64,000 bases of DNA from Chrysomallon squamiferum (GCA_012295275.1 CM022669.1:2418001-2482000), one strand, 5' to 3'. Shown: positions 1-17,160, counted from the stretch's first letter. The notes: generated by a model not told the origin, from the sequence alone. Translations and numbers: made by a program.

Positions 1-1138
1 TTTATATCGTGGAATTTCTTGAATTAGTACTCTTTGTTCCCAGTTTTGTTAATAAATTTTTACTTTGATTTAATTAAAATACAGCAACGGACACCTGAGA
101 AGAAACCAGTTTGTGTCTTCATTATCTGTTATTTGTAAACATTATGTAACTGAAATATGTGACAATAAATTATATAAGAATGTGTATTATAATGTTTTAT
201 TTGTATTTCGTCAGAATACCATCTACAACAAATTATTAATAAAAAAAAATAATGAAAGAAAGAAATTAATGAATTAATAACAAAAACAAAATAGTACCAC
301 ATATTCTAGCATAGCAACATAGGGTAACGTCATGTAACATATAATAAAAGTGTAACAAAATGTAACATAACCTAACTTAAAAATAACATGAAATATTATA
401 AAATTAAAATATACGTTAGTCTCTCCCTGTGTCTCCTTGTTCTGTCTATCGATACGTCTGTCAGTTGATCTGTCTGTCTCTCTGTACCGCAGATAATGTA
501 TCCGCGTGTTTCAAAGTTAGCTTTGTTTCGATATCAATAATTAGGAGAGTTGTTAATATCTAACATTACTTTAATAAAATAAAAGTAATAATAATAATAA
601 ATAACAACAACAACAACAATAATAACAGTAGTAGTAATAATAATAATAATAATAGTAAGTAAATATATAAATAAATAAATAAATAAATTAATAAATAAAA
701 TGAAATAAACACTAAAATAAAAATTGAATTTCAAATTAAAATTAGTTTAGTGTAAAGCACGGACTGAATACATTTTCTACCGGTTTTTTCGCCCTGAAAC
801 GTTGTGTAATATGACATACCATCGTTGGCGATAAGCTTTTTTCTTCAAGAATCGTGTTTATCCACACACATTCAGTCACACACATAGCACAAATATGCAC
901 ACATACACAGATATTTTACGTTCTTTGATAGATCAGTGATTGGGAATCTGCGGTAACAGAAAATTGTCTAATGGACAAATCAAGCAGGATTAATCTTTAG
1001 ATCCAAAACAATCGTAGATAAACATCAACAACAAAAACAAACAAAATTAAACTTGAAGTATTAAGTATCATTTTATTATAACTTGTCAATAGTCTTTCCT
1101 AACAATAAAGTATGTTTACATTTTACTATTTATTTAAT

Positions 1139-1445
<307 letters not shown>

Positions 1446-1855
1446 ATTCATTCTGCACTTAAATCAACGCAAAGTTTTATTTCTCAGTTTGATATGCGGA
1501 TATAGGGCTGGAGATGCGGTCAACAGTTTTAAAAAAATTTATGTCAGTTCCTGAATAACTAAAGAAATTGCTTTGCTATGACGAATCGTTTTTTTTTCTG
1601 TTTTTTTTTCCGTTTATTATTCGTGTATCTGCAGACATAAATACACCTTCATGCTTGGTCGAATTCAGCAAACACAGTTGGCCAAGTGTGTCGAGTCCTA
1701 CCCGACACAATAAAAACGACGCCAGCCTCGAAGTACCTGCGCGGTCGGGGTGGTTAGGCTCATACGTTACTGTTCCGTTCACTAGAGTATCCTGCACCAG
1801 ACAAACTTCTTTCACATACACAACTACTACGACGTTATATTTCAGACCTAATGGA

Positions 1856-1940
1856 ATGAAGATGACGATGAGGGTGATACTCAGTTTAACACTGCTGTCT
1901 CTCTGCAGATATATTCACAGTCAGAATGAAAAGCCTCCAA
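1856..1940 (+). CDS. SRCR gene exon 1, signal peptide [28 protein letters not shown]
   Basis: Basic n-region plus hydrophobic core; strong donor A|GTAAGT at 1941 in phase 1, matching exon 2. The link across the 9.6 kb intron is inferred. Confidence 0.78.
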
Positions 1941-2585
1941 GTAAGTCTCTTTCTTACTACTGGTTTATTTACTTTTTCGTAATTTGGAATGTTGTGTGCA
2001 TAAATGTGAGTGCTTTAGGTCAAGGGTGAATATCACTCCTACCAGAATCTTTTATGTTTTTACTTACCGTGTAAGAGGAATAATTATAGGCTCGATCATC
2101 ACGAAAATTGGGGTAGTTTATTATGAAAAGGTTATTTTGATGTTTCATAAATAAAATATCATTTGGCAGGTGTTCTTTTTTTTTTTTGGAGGTTTTTTGA
2201 TGGTTATTTTCATTTAGTTTTTTTTAGATACTTTATCAGAAAGTTATTCTTTTTTTCATTCTTTCTCTTGTTTAACACTCTATCTTTCTTATTCTTCTAG
2301 AAAATAAAAATTAAACAGTAAAAACATACTATATTATTAGACTGCTTCCGTGTTATATGTATTACGCTTGTACTGCTAACTGATTGCCGTGATCTCAACT
2401 GCCAGCTAAATCTTTTGAACCGGATCAATAGAGAATAATACCCGAGCGCAGTTTTATTACAAACGTAGCCACAGCCAGGCATACCTAATTATTAATTAAA
2501 CTGAAACTGAAGAGACATTGTCATATATATATATATATATATACACACATAGATATAAAAGAACAACAAAAAAACAAACACGAAC

Positions 2586-2673
<88 letters not shown>

Positions 2674-4745
2674 GTAGTTATGAATGTTGGTACCTGTGTG
2701 TCAAAACATTATAACAGATGATTATAAACATCTAAAAAAATACTTTGCTTCATCTTTATCTTTTGTTTCCTTGTTAATTTTAATATTTTCCGGGTTTAAT
2801 TTTGATACATCCCATCAAAAATCAGTGAAAATTATAAAACACCATCGTTCTGTAGTATCTAATATTAAAATATTTGAAATTGCATTTGGTATTTTCATTT
2901 TTGCTGTAGTTTAGCATATATATTCATTAACATAGATCAACATTTTTAAAAGACAATAACTTAATATTATACCATATTAATTAACGCAGTAAATATTCTT
3001 TACACATTTTCTTCAGTATGATATTAAAATCTTAAGATTATCTTTACACTAGCGTTTGTATGGTGCAATAAACATTTTTTTTTTTTTTACAACTTTCCAA
3101 ACGGAATAATTTTATTTTTCTGTGTCCATTACGATAATTAATAGCATTTGAGAAAACAAACATTAACAAAAACAATAGCAATAAGGCGCCCTCCCCCCTA
3201 ACCTTGAATTTCTCAGATCCAAACAAGGTAACATTCTGTATGAAAATATGATCAGTATACAAGGCTAATTTGGAATGATTAAAGATCACTCGAAGATGTT
3301 ACGAGGTTCTGTGTTTGTTTAGCGTATGTCAAAATCTATCTCAGTGGACAATGCAAAAATAAAAGATATCGGTATTAAAACTTCGGATAACTGAGAGATA
3401 TTACATCACACAAAGGCGATTATAATTAATTACTAGTGGCAGTTTGTTTGTTGAATAAATGATGTTATTTAAATACTTGTAGGTCGAAATGAAAAATGTA
3501 ATTTATTGGTTATTTCATTAATAATACATAAACGTTACGATATCATATATATCTTGAGAAATCTTATCTTTTTCTTTTTTCTTTAATTTGTCAAATTATA
3601 ATCAAGGAATTAACCTATTAAGGAATTATTTATTACGACATTCATATTCGAATATACTCGTCCACACGCGACTATGCACATACATACACACAAACATACA
3701 TGCCATACATACATATACGCACACATATATATACATATATATAAACACATATACACATGCAAAATTTTAATACATAGATAAACACACACACACATACATA
3801 TATACATACATACAAACATATATACATACACACATAAATACATACATACATACATATATACATATACATATATAGATGTATTAAAAACAATATCAATAGA
3901 GAATATATTTTTTTAAATCAGTAGTTTACATAAACATGTTTGTCTTCTTACATAACATAACTACAACTCCAATAACATGAAAATAACAACGACTTTGACA
4001 GCAACATAACATCTGCGGTACTCAGACTTATAAAACTGCTGCTTTGTTTCATGCATAACTACGCTGTTCGTTTCAACCAGTAATTAAAATCATACAGTAA
4101 AAATGTTCACCTGTTATTGTTTAAACTCTGGATTCGCTTATTCTGTTATGAGAGATACAGATAAGACCGGTAAGCTTTCATACACAAATTAAGAGTTGGA
4201 ATTAAACCACTGCCTATTCTATTTAAGCAAGATAATGTTGTTTTGTTGATGTTTTTGTTTTTTACTCTTTATTTTTTACTGAATACAAAAAACTTTTGCA
4301 ATAACAGCTAAAACAGTACGCTGTTTATCTATTTCTTTTATATTTTTACTCAGACACATAGCTTCAGGTTTATTCAAAGGGAAATTGTTGTTCTTTTTTT
4401 TTTTATTGATCAAAACGCCAAAGGACAAGCGGACAATACAACGCTAAGTACTGTTTTAGTAAAAAGATGTGAATATTTGTATTTCACGTATATCTCTCAT
4501 CGGTAACGACAATACATTTTTTTGTTTATCGCAGTTCGCAGCTAACAGAAAGTGTAAATTTTGAAATGATTCTCATTTCTCTCTTAATCTGCATCCATCA
4601 CTGTGTTTCCGATTTCTTTCGATACCTTTAATGCACAAAATAAATTGTATACTTACAAACAAATGTACATAACAGACAAACATGTATGCAGACACACATA
4701 CACCTACACACACAGACTATGTCTTACTCAGTCATTCTCACTCTC

Positions 4746-4793
<48 letters not shown>

Positions 4794-7201
4794 TGTATAC
4801 ACAAACAATGAAGTCTAGATCTTTAGGTATTAAATATATAACCTCTGATAATTCTGTATCAAACTGTTAAGTAACGACAATGGAGATACTACGATAATCA
4901 CCATGAATGATTACAAAACTCAAATTGCGCTGTTGTTGTATTAATGTATCAGGGGCAGACAGAACATTCTACAAAAACGAGCTTATAAATATAAAATACG
5001 TTTGTTTATTTAAAAACAAGCTAAACTGCAAGTCGTCGAACGGCAGCTCTCGATTTGTTTACGTTGTTGCTATTGTAGGTTTAATGTTGAATTCAGTTAA
5101 GTAAATATGCGGACTCAATACTATTCTTTTTTTTAATATAGTTTTATTTATTCATTCTTTCGGACCCAGAAAGCAGTTCCTGGTAACAGTCACAATGGTT
5201 AATAGTATTTGCTTTCAAATACGTATTCAGTATATTTATCCTTTGTTTAATATCCCATTTATACACTGATCGCATATTCAGTAGATGTAACAAAAAACAA
5301 CATATCTATTTACAAACTCCTATACATGTTTATACGTCCAAAACACCTGCATATAGACAAACCAGTCCACAGATAAACACTTGTACATCCAGAAGTACTT
5401 GTACATTTTAAAAACACACGTGGGGTCTATGTAGACAAATACATGTGCACAGACAACACACGTACATAGATAAATACATGTACATAGGCAAACACATATT
5501 TGTATATTTATAAATACAGATAGGGTCTATTTAGACTAATACATATGCGTAGACAAATACAGATAGATAAAGGCTGTACACTGACAGACAGTTGTATAGA
5601 AAAAAAAACATATAGACAAAACCGTGTATATAGACAACACTTGCATATAGGCAACCAGTTGTATATAAACAATCATTAATAACACAGAACTATACCTGTA
5701 CATAGCCTAACATATTACAGAACGTGACGCACGAGATATTCAATAAACTAATTAAGAAATAAGAAAGAATGAAACCAATCTTCTTTATATGTCTGCAATT
5801 TTCTTGACAGCTGTGTTCATAATATCACATGACACAATCAAGTCTAAAAGAATGACCAAATTAAGACGTGTTCTTAAGATTTTCCCAGTGAAGCTAAGCA
5901 CACTATACAATGTTATGAACTTTTCTACACATCACTGAATATACATATAGGATAAGCATGTGTTGTTCGTGTGTCATGCTTTTTCTATTTTATTACTCTC
6001 GGCGCTGGGAACTCAGCTGTGTGGAAACTGTTTCAGGTCAATGATTACATGGGATCTGCTTATATGACTGTATGTGCGTGTGTGTATATATATAAATAGA
6101 TATACACACATACACGTAGCTATACACATAATCTATATGCACAGATACAAGCGTAAACAATTCACATGTACATTAAGAAATGACATTTAGACGAGTCCAG
6201 CTATTTATTAGTAGTGTATAATTCGTTGAAATAATCATCTATCTACATAAACCAACAAATAAACAAATAAATAACTAAAGAAAGAAAGAAAGAAAGAAAG
6301 AAAAATAAATAAGTAAAAATAAATAAAACTCTCAGTTCTTTCTTGGGACAGACACATCTGGTTTATTTTTCCCGTTCTCGATCTATCCTTGCTCTTGTTT
6401 CGGTTCGATGCAGCTTCTGTTCTCCTGTTTCCATTATGATATGCGTTCAGCTCTCTCAGTCACAAAAATATTTGTTGTGAAATTCGACGAACCTTGAAAT
6501 CTGAATCGTTTGTGTAAGTTTCATGATTTGCGGTCGGTACAGATCCGCGATGTCACCGTCAGTCTCCTGCGTGTACTTACAGGTAGAACTAAAGAAAAGT
6601 ATTCAAGCAATGTAGGCTGCTGCATTCGGAATGAAAGACACACTTTTATTTAAATCAGTGGATCCACAAAATCTGTTACAGCGCACAGATGTTTTAACAC
6701 TTTATTATTTATTTACTTAGTTAGTTTTGTGTTTGTTTGCTTTTATATATACATAAAACTTTGGCTAGGAATTATTAGCTAAATGGAAATATAACAATTT
6801 AAAAACACTAGTCTGTATAGGTAAATGGTTTAGGAATTCTAAATAAATGTTATTAATAATAATATAAAGCTGTATGTGTGGGTATGCATGTGGGTTGTAT
6901 ATTTTTGTTGGTGTTCGTGTATGTGTGTGTTAGTGTGTGTTGTGTGTACGTGAGTGGGTATGTATGTGTGTTAGTGTTTGTGTATGTGTGAATTATGTAT
7001 ATATGTATATTAGTATTTGTGTATATGTGTGTATATGTCTGTTAGTGTGTGCGTCTGTGTATGCGTTTATATATGTGTTGTATGTGCGAGTGGGTGAGTG
7101 GGTACGTGCATGTGAGTGTTAGTGTGTGTGTGTGTGTGTGTGAATATGTATGGTATGTGCATGTGAGTGTTAGTGTGTGTGTGTGTGTGTGTGTGTGAGT
7201 G

Positions 7202-7242
<41 letters not shown>

Positions 7243-7355
7243 ATGTATGGTATGTGTATATGCATATATAATTTGTTAGAGTGTGTGTATATGTGTGTTT
7301 TACTGGGTGTGTGTGTGTATATATGAGTGTTAGTATGTGTATGTGTGTATGTGTG

Positions 7356-7394
<39 letters not shown>

Positions 7395-9244
7395 TAGCGT
7401 GTGCATATTAGTGTGTGTATGTGTATGTATATGTTAGTGTTTGTATCAGTTATCCACAATTGACCAGTTTCCCTTTCCAGCCACTGCTACATATATAAAA
7501 ATACATTACCGTTATTTACTAATATAGTCTTTTATTTCATTAGTAATATTACTACTGCAACAACTACTATTATTATTACTGCTACTATTACTGCTACCAC
7601 TAGAACTACTACTATTACTACTACTACTACTACTGATAATAATAATAATAGTAAAATGTAAAGAAGGAAAATTGTTATGACAGTTATAGAGGTTTGATCA
7701 AGACTTAATTGAAAGTTGGCGCTATCGGCTACTGAACAGTGACGTAAGTTCGTAGTGCGCGTGACTTGAAGTAACTGTTCTGATAAATATAACGCCGTAC
7801 ATGTCTCCAGGCGCATTACAGGTTTCAGGTAACATGCAGACTCATCATTATATGTCCAAGGGTTATACAAGCAAAACAGTGTTTTTTTGTCCTTGGCTAG
7901 ATTGTAACCTTCACCTTTGTTAAGTCCAGTTTTGCACTGTCAGCAGAATAACGAAAAAGAAAAACGTAAGGAAGCAAAAGATAAATCTAATAGTTCTGTC
8001 AGTACTTTTGTTTAATAAACTGATTTCACTTACATACGCACACTCACACACACACAGACATACACAGAGACACAGAGGCAAACACACAAACTCATATGAC
8101 CATGCACAAATACACACAGACTCTCAGACACACACAGACACTCACAGACAGGAGTGTCTCGATATAAAAAGCATACACATACATACGTTTGTTATTTTCA
8201 CATAATTCATAGACTTTAGATGTCCTCAGACTCTACTTAATGCTTTTCTTATCACAACATTTTGTATAACAACCCTTAACTTTTTTATATATGTGCATGT
8301 CACGTAATAGGAAACAAAAGGAGAAACTCGCCAATCGTTTCATTTATATGATTGTCTGTACAAAGACAAAACAATGCATTAACATTACGCAAATCAATAA
8401 GGTGTTATTTATTAATAATTTATTTTTTATGATACTCAGTTCAGCACTATGTTTTTAAAAGTAGTTTCTCTATGTAGGTGACAGTTAAATATTTCTGTAA
8501 TTAAGACACGAAACCTGTAATAAGAAAAAGAAAAATGAAAGAAAAACGTTTTAAAAGCTGTAGGAACGATGACAACAAGCATATCTGAACCGCTGCAAAG
8601 AAACAATGTACACATTTCCTTGTTCTTTGAGATGATAAATTCCAGCGTCTTGTTCGTCACTTAAAGAAGTATGGAAGTGAGGCCACGTGATATTTATCTG
8701 CTAACTAGCTGAAAACTATCATTTTTCATTGACGTTAGGTCGCGAAAAAAGTATATCCTATTGATGACAAACTCGTGACTTTCTTCTTTTTTTTTCTTCA
8801 AATTTAGACTCTTTTCTCCCTTTTTTTTATCATTTTTTTTTAAGCCTGGATTATTTTACGAAGGTTTTATTTCAAGAGTAAAATGCAATATCATAGTCAC
8901 GGGTTCCGTTGTCTAGAAATCTAAAGCGCAGTCGTTTCAGTTAACCGTGACCGTGACCTTTTTTTACTGAGCTTTTTATTTTGTTTTTGCATTCTCAGCA
9001 ATTAAAATATTATTTTATTTTAGAAAAAGAGATATTAATTTAATCAGACAGCCTATTATAAAAAGCATATATTTTATATAATTATGTATACATGTGTGTA
9101 TGTGTGTGTGTATGGTATGTGTGTTTGTGAATTACATTTTTTGTTTTGCATCATACAAATAAATAAAATAAATCATAAACATAATTATCATCATAATTAT
9201 AATTATCATAAGTTTGAGAGAGTTTTAGATACTGAGCTAATAAA

Positions 9245-9281
<37 letters not shown>

Positions 9282-12200
9282 GAGAGGGGGGAGAGGGAGG
9301 GAGGGAGATTATACGTCAGTGACGCACATTAACCTAGAAACGTTTTCTGTTGGTGTCGCTACCGCCACCGAGTTAGTGAGATGTACCCGTTAAACGAACT
9401 GAAACCTACTGACGCAGGTTTTTGTTATATGAGAAGACGGTTATTTCTAAAGAAATAAGCTGTACCTGTTACAGATTGTTCTCAACTCATTATACAATTG
9501 AAACCTTGCCAAATATATAAATGGTCTATTGTCAGTGTCATGCAAAATAAAATAAAAAGTATAAAGAAAGAAACAAAAACGTTAACATTATATCCGATAG
9601 ACAACAGTTAAAGCACATGTAAAGTGCATATTTACCTTTATGATAGAATTTTTGTTACAGATAGTAAGCATATCTTTTCATATGATTATGAGGATAAGGC
9701 ATAGCATTTATTTTTCAAATGTTTATGTCAGTAAACCATTTATACTACCAGTGACAACAACGAAAACAACTGCGACAACAACAACAGAATAATAATAGTG
9801 ATGATGACGATGATGATATCAGGAAAATAACAATTCAACGTGCAAGATTATTCGGTAATTGTTTCAAAACTGTATAATGCGGCACAAGTAACTGACAAAA
9901 TAAAATAATAAAAGTAAAGACATGTGAGTGCCCAAATTAGTCCTTAATTATATTTACTAGCTGATGAAATCGTGTTGTAATATTTTATATTCAAGAAAAG
10001 AAAATATCAGATTATCTGTTAGTATCGTAACTGGATCAGTTTAACTGTCCAACTCGTAAAAGTGCAATCGTAAGAATCAAATTAACGTTAATGTCGCAAA
10101 AGGAATAATAAAACTAATTACTAACATGTAACATCGTAACTTTAAGAATCTTAAATGTAAGCAGTGCAACAGTAGATATTATATTATATCGCAAGAATGA
10201 GTTTACCCGAAAGAGTAAATACTTGTTAAACATTGTAGCGGCTGGAAAAAAATTGGGCTAGTCGGGATTTCAAGGTGTGGTTTCGATGTTTCGTTGTTTG
10301 TCGCGAATGTATCAAAACATCTTTTCACTATTCTATACAAAAAGCGATGTTTTGTTGTTGTGATGAAATCTTTTTAGCCTGTTTAAATAGTCATATGAGT
10401 CATGTTATTTGTATACACAACTGGGTTGGAACGAGAAACCCAGAATCAGATCATCTTCATGTATAAATAATTTTCAAGGATGCATAGATTTTCTTTATTA
10501 AAACAACAATACTAAAAAAAAAAAAAAAAAAAAATAGAATAACATCGTAATAAAATAAGGGTGAGCGATGATTGAATGCATCGGCTTAGTCGTCGCACCT
10601 TACTTCTTTTGTTGTCTGGTATCGCTCAAAGTGTATAGATTTACGTGCCTCCGTGCCTCGTACACTCAGTAGTCAGATCATAAAGATCATTTCTCCGTGA
10701 ATACAGGATTTGACAAAACGATTGTATTAGCTATTATTCGTTTGGATGTAAACGTTTAGAGCTTTTTAAATCTAACCTTTAAAAATAATTATCTAAAAAT
10801 AATGTCAGTAATTAACGCTTTCTTCTTATTATTATTATTGCTGTTGTTGTTAATGGTGGTTGTAATGATGTTGTTGCTGCTGCTGTTGTTGTTTAATAAT
10901 TAATATAAAAGTATTTTATGCACGCTCCTCGCTCAAGGAAATGAAATTAATAACCAGCGAATGTCCCCGTGAAGTTCTAGTTGGAATCTTTATCTTGTTA
11001 AAAGCAAAACAAAACTGATCTTGTTAAATCAACAAAGTCAAGATATTTTATTGAGTGTCCATGACTTACTAGTACACACTTAAATCAACAAAGTCAAGAT
11101 ATTTTATTGGGTGTTCACATTTATATTATGTATTTGGTCACGTTTTTGTGCAGACTGAATCTTCTTGTGACAGTCACGTTTTTGTGATGATCATAATACG
11201 AAACGCTGTCACAGAAAAAAAAACGAAAAGAAAAAAAAACATAGCTTTCTTGCATCCTCACCGATTTGTTAATTTATTCTTAAATTTAATTTAATTTTTT
11301 TTTTTTTAATTTAAAATAGTCTCTGCTATTAATCATTAAGACTGACCAGTAACAACGACAACAACAACAACAACAACAGTGATGATAATAATACTATTTA
11401 TAACAAAGTAATACTAACAATAACAGCAGTGAATAACAAGAAAATAAAAAGAATAATAACACTTTAGAATTTAACACCACACTAACTACATCTGTCACTG
11501 AAGTGTGTTTCAATCTGCTCTGTTACAGAAATCTTTGTTCGTCTTATGAACGACAGTTCGCCATTCTCTGGCACTGTCCAAGTGCGGAGTTCCCGTGACG
11601 AGGCGTGGGGAAGTATCTGTGATGATTACTGGGACGATGCCGCGGCTACTGTCATCTGCAGAATGATGGGTCACAAGTATGGCAGCGCAAAAAAGGTATT
11701 TGTGTATTTATTTTTTATTTATTTTTGTTGTTGTTGTTGTTTTATTATTATTATTATTACTAGTATTATTTTTTTTTTCTCTTTATCTTATAACTGTTCA
11801 TATAATATAATTCTGTATAATTTCTTTTTTTTTTCCATAAAAATAATTATTGTAACTGGCGACCAAGCTTTACTAAGAATAACGTAACAAGCTTATGAGA
11901 ATGTTTCCTATTTTTATAACTTTTTAAATCTGTTCATTTTATTTTATATTGTATTTGATTATTTTATTTTATTTATTTTACTCATTTCCTTTCCTTGGAG
12001 TGGGTATACATCAAATAGTAAATAGATATTCATTTTTTTTATTTTTATTTTTTATCTTTTCCTTGTGGAAATACTTTTGTAGTAATTATTAAGAGTAAAT
12101 GTTTAATACTTATTACTTAATTCTTAGTAAAGAATGGCGCATAAGAGCTTTTTTTAAAATGATTATTTTAAGTTATTAATTCAAACTATAACGAGCAATG

Positions 12201-15200
12201 ATAAGAAAGAGAAACATCAAAAATATATATAAATAAAATAATAATATTAGATTTTATTAAATTATTAAAAAAAATAAAAATAAAGTAAAATAAAATAATA
12301 TAATAAAATATAATAAAATAAAATACAATAATGGAAATTTCTTTGCCTCTGTTATTCTACATATGACAATTACTGCAGTTAACCTGTTAAACATTTATTT
12401 GTAAAACTCATATCGTGGTTATTTATAGATTTCAGTACAACGTTCCAAATATTTTAAATTATTCAGATTGTTCTGTTGTGATCTCGAAAGCTCAAAGTAA
12501 GAAATCCTGATCGTTTGAAAAAGAATCAATAATTAAAGTATTTTTTTTAAAAGATCACTATTCTTTTCATGACTGAAACTAAGAAAGGAAATTTAAAAAA
12601 AGAAGAAGAAAATATCAGCCCCTTTTATTTACTCCATATGTGATTAAAGACTACTTAGACAAAGTTCCACTCTTTCGTACCATACCATAGACAGGATAGT
12701 TAATGGCACAACCGAGAAGAAGTGATTCAACAGTCCTTTAGCATAAGCACTACGTCTCTATAACTGGTTTGGTCAGTCAAAATTTTAACTATTCTATCAT
12801 ATCTACGTTATATTTATCAACATATATAATTTCGCGGTTTATAGAATACTGAAATTGTTATGCCGATTTTTAAAGAATAAGAATCAGTTGTGATACATTA
12901 CAGAACGCTGAATTTGGCGAAAGCGGTGGCAAAATTTACATGGATGACGTCCAGTGTAATGGCAGTGAAGTTAGCATTGCAGACTGCGACTACAACGGTT
13001 GGGGAATCAATAACTGTGGTCACTCTGAAGACGCAGGAGTTATCTGTACAAATGCTTCTGGTAAATTTGCACTACTACAGCTTGTAACTAATATATACAT
13101 AAATACATACACACACACATACATACATACATACATACATACATACATACATACATACATACATACATACATACATGCATACATACATACATACATACAC
13201 AAACACATACATACATACACACATACATACATACATACATACATACATACATACATACATACAGATAGATAGATGATATATAAATATATATATATTCATA
13301 CATACGTACATACATACACAAACCCAAAATAAAACTAAGGACAGAATATTATGTAACGACACAAGCTATTTTATATAACTTTAATAACACTGTAACTGCA
13401 GTGTGTAATTTAGTCAATTTAGTATAATTTAGTCAACGACAGAAATTTTTTGTGCATGTACGTGTGTGTCTGTCTCTGTGTTTATGTGTATGCTTGTGTG
13501 TGGGGTGGATGGGTGTGTAGATATGTCAAAGAAAAGATATATGATTATGTTTAATATATAGTAATTCAAAATGCAGACTGATTTGTTATTTTGCCTGACG
13601 TTTTGTTTTGTAAAAAGAAGAATAACAAATTGTTATCCAGTATTAATCCATAAAACATTTTATCTTTATTTTTATTTTTAATTATTACTACTATTTTATA
13701 TATTTTTTTCTAAATTCAGTATATCTGAAAACATATAGCACTGCAAATGGCCAAAGGTTTGGGTCAGTTTACGCAAGATATTCCTCTGGTCTTGTACCTG
13801 TTTGCGATGAAAACTGGGATGATGTGGACGCCACCGTGGCATGCAAGTCGCTAGGCTTCGTGTACGGTCGTGCGCTGTGCTGTTCAAAGCTGAGTCAGTA
13901 CAGCTACTACACCTACAGCAGTGTGGCGTTCACCAACATGTCTTGTACAGGCCACGAGACAGCTCTAGAGTCGTGCTCACACAGTGTCGTTAAGAGATGC
14001 GGTCGAGAGGAAATGGCATCAACAATATGTTACAATACAACGTGGGAAAAAGTCAATAAAAGTAAGTAACAAAAATCCAGTGAAACCTAATACCATCAGC
14101 AAAAACATACATACAGACACCAACAAGCATACTTAACTTCATAAATACACACACTCACACATGCATACGCTCAAATGTGTATACACATACACATACACAC
14201 ATATATACATACATACATACATACATACATACATACATACATACATACATACATACATACATACATACATACATACATACATACATACATAATGCTGAGT
14301 CCAGATTTCTGCACCACGAGGCTAATATGTAACTGTATGATGTGTAGATGTGTAGATATCTATAAACATTAAATTAATTGGCGTGGTCCACTGTTGTAGT
14401 CTGCAGATGAATTTTAAGTTTTTTATTTTATTATTATTATTATTTTTTTTTTTTTTTGAAGCTGTAAGAGTTGAGTGGGTGGATTCTAAAAAGATGAACG
14501 GGGGAGCAGTCAAGGTGTTTCGGTATGGTCTGTGGGGACAAATCTGTATGAATGTCTGGAATGACACTGCGGCCAATGTCACGTGTAAAATGCTGGGTTA
14601 CAAATACGGAGTCGGCTCTGGATCAACGCTGAAACCTCTGCCGGGGTTAGCTTTCTGGATCACGGATATAAACTGCACTGGTCTGGAGACATCACTGGAC
14701 AATTGTAACATTACCTGGGGAAAGGTGACCACGTATCGGTCATGCAGCGGAGCCAATCGCGTGCTTTGTTACAACAACTTTGCTGGTAAGGACGACAATA
14801 CATTACTTACAAATCGAACCACCATTATATTCACTTTCACCTAAAAAAACAGCTAAACACTGTGAGCATATGAGCGACTTCATGAAAGTACTTTTCCTTT
14901 AGATATAATAGATTTTAAAAGTCATCCTTGGAGTGGAAATTGTTAAAATATATATATTTTTTTTTCACTTATTTACATGGTATAGAGGCTAAGTAATCTA
15001 ATGTATCTTTGAACTGATTTCACAGATCGTCCAGTTGTGACGGCGAGCAACGGTTCGTTCGGTCTCGTGCAAATAAGGTTTGAAGGAGAGACGGGTACAG
15101 TTTGCGACGACGCATGGACCAATAACGACGCCAGGATAGTGTGCAAACAGCTGGGTTACAGCGACGGCCTGGCTGTGAAAGGATCGTACTACGGAAGAGG

Positions 15201-15387
15201 ATCGGGTCCTGTTTTCTTGAATAACCTCATCTGTCGCACGACAGACCAGTCACTGTGGGCATGCAAGGGAAGTAACTGGAGTGAAGCTGACCAAAAGTGT
15301 CTCGCGCACAACAATGATGCCTCCGTTGTATGCCATGGTGAAAAAGGTAACAAATACCTTGTGTGTATAGATAGATAGGTAGATAAA

Positions 15388-15435
<48 letters not shown>

Positions 15436-17092
15436 TAATCTCTTGTCTACGAGAAGGTTATTAAAATAATTTCATGCTTTTAATAATAATAATAATAATT
15501 AAAAAAAAGACCTGTATATTGTATGTTTCATATTACGCGTTTTCACATATACTAGCGAAAACCGTATTTACATCTTCATGCATCTGTTTGCAGTTCGACT
15601 GATTAACGGAGACCACAGTCATGGCATAGTGAACGTTAAAACAGGTTCATTCTGGACTATTATGTGCGGTAGGGGCTTCACGTCCCGAGAGGCCAGTGTG
15701 GTGTGTAGGGAGATGGGATTTCGACACGGTTATGCGTTCCCTTCAGGGACATTCGGCTCTCTCCGCTACCACTATTACTCTGTGCAGTATTCGTGTATGG
15801 GTAACGAATCATACATTGACCAATGCAGCAAAAGCTCTAGACGATGTTATTCATTTTCTGGAACAGAATATGCTGCTGTTGGTTGTTATAATGGGACGCT
15901 GACCAATGGTAAGTTTACAACTTTTTACTGATACTGTTGGCCTTTTGAAAAATATTTTAGATCATTCATCAGATTTTTTTTAAACGTACTAATTCTTTTA
16001 TTTGCCTCCCGAATCTTGTTCACCACATTTTCAGCTTTTTCAGATGTGTTTAATTACTCTTTTAGATACATTTACTACCAGCAAGTTTTCAAAACGTCTG
16101 TGATAATGTTTCTATGTAAAAGAATTATAGGAAACGTTTTGCAGTTCTACATTCCTCCAGTTATCACTTTAGGAGAGTACAATGCTAATGTTAGACGCCG
16201 GTAACAAGCTTTGCTGATAAAAGAGTATGACAATAACATAACATTTCTAAACAATGCTTGTGTTCTACTCTTATGTTTCTTTCTTTCTTTTTTTTTTCTT
16301 TTCATTATTTCTTGTCTATAAAAAAAAAGACCATATTTTTAAGTTTTTGCTGTTTTATCACAAACGTTTGACACCTTCCTTTGTATGAAATGACTTCAAA
16401 AAAAAGAAAATAACTAGCTTATTAGTTTTATCTCATATTTTATTATTAACGAAAGTAAAGAATTTTTTTAATTTATTATTTTATATGTCAAGTCGAGTGC
16501 TTATTCCAAATAGATTGAAATTATTTGCAGATTTAAATTTTTAATTTTTAATTCTTTTTCAGGAACTTCAGTATCAATCAAAGGTGGTGAACCTTATTCC
16601 GACATCAGTGGTAGCGTAGTAATAAAGACAAAAGGAATCGATGGAAAGGTGTGTCCTCTTGGCTGGACTGATGTGGAGGCCAGCGTGGTCTGCAAACAAA
16701 TGGGATTTGCAGGAGGGCACGCCTTCCAGCTATCTGCCAGTGCAAGAGGACCTTACCAGCTTGTTGGTGTCAAATGCTTTGGAAATGAATCTTCAATCAT
16801 AGACTGCAAACACAGTAACAGTTATTGCAGATCCCAAGATGCTGCAGGAGTGTTGTGTTACAAGACTCGACGTGAGTTTAAAAAAAAAGAATGATACAAG
16901 CATATACTTGACATTTTAATACACAGCTACATATAAATACATATTCATACATACCTACCTACCTACCTACATACATACATACATAGATGCATGCATGCAT
17001 AAACACCCAAAATACACATTTTTTGTTAACTTTCTGCATACAGCAACATAAACAAACTGAGATAATAATAATAATAATAATAATAATAACTA

Positions 17093-17160
<68 letters not shown>

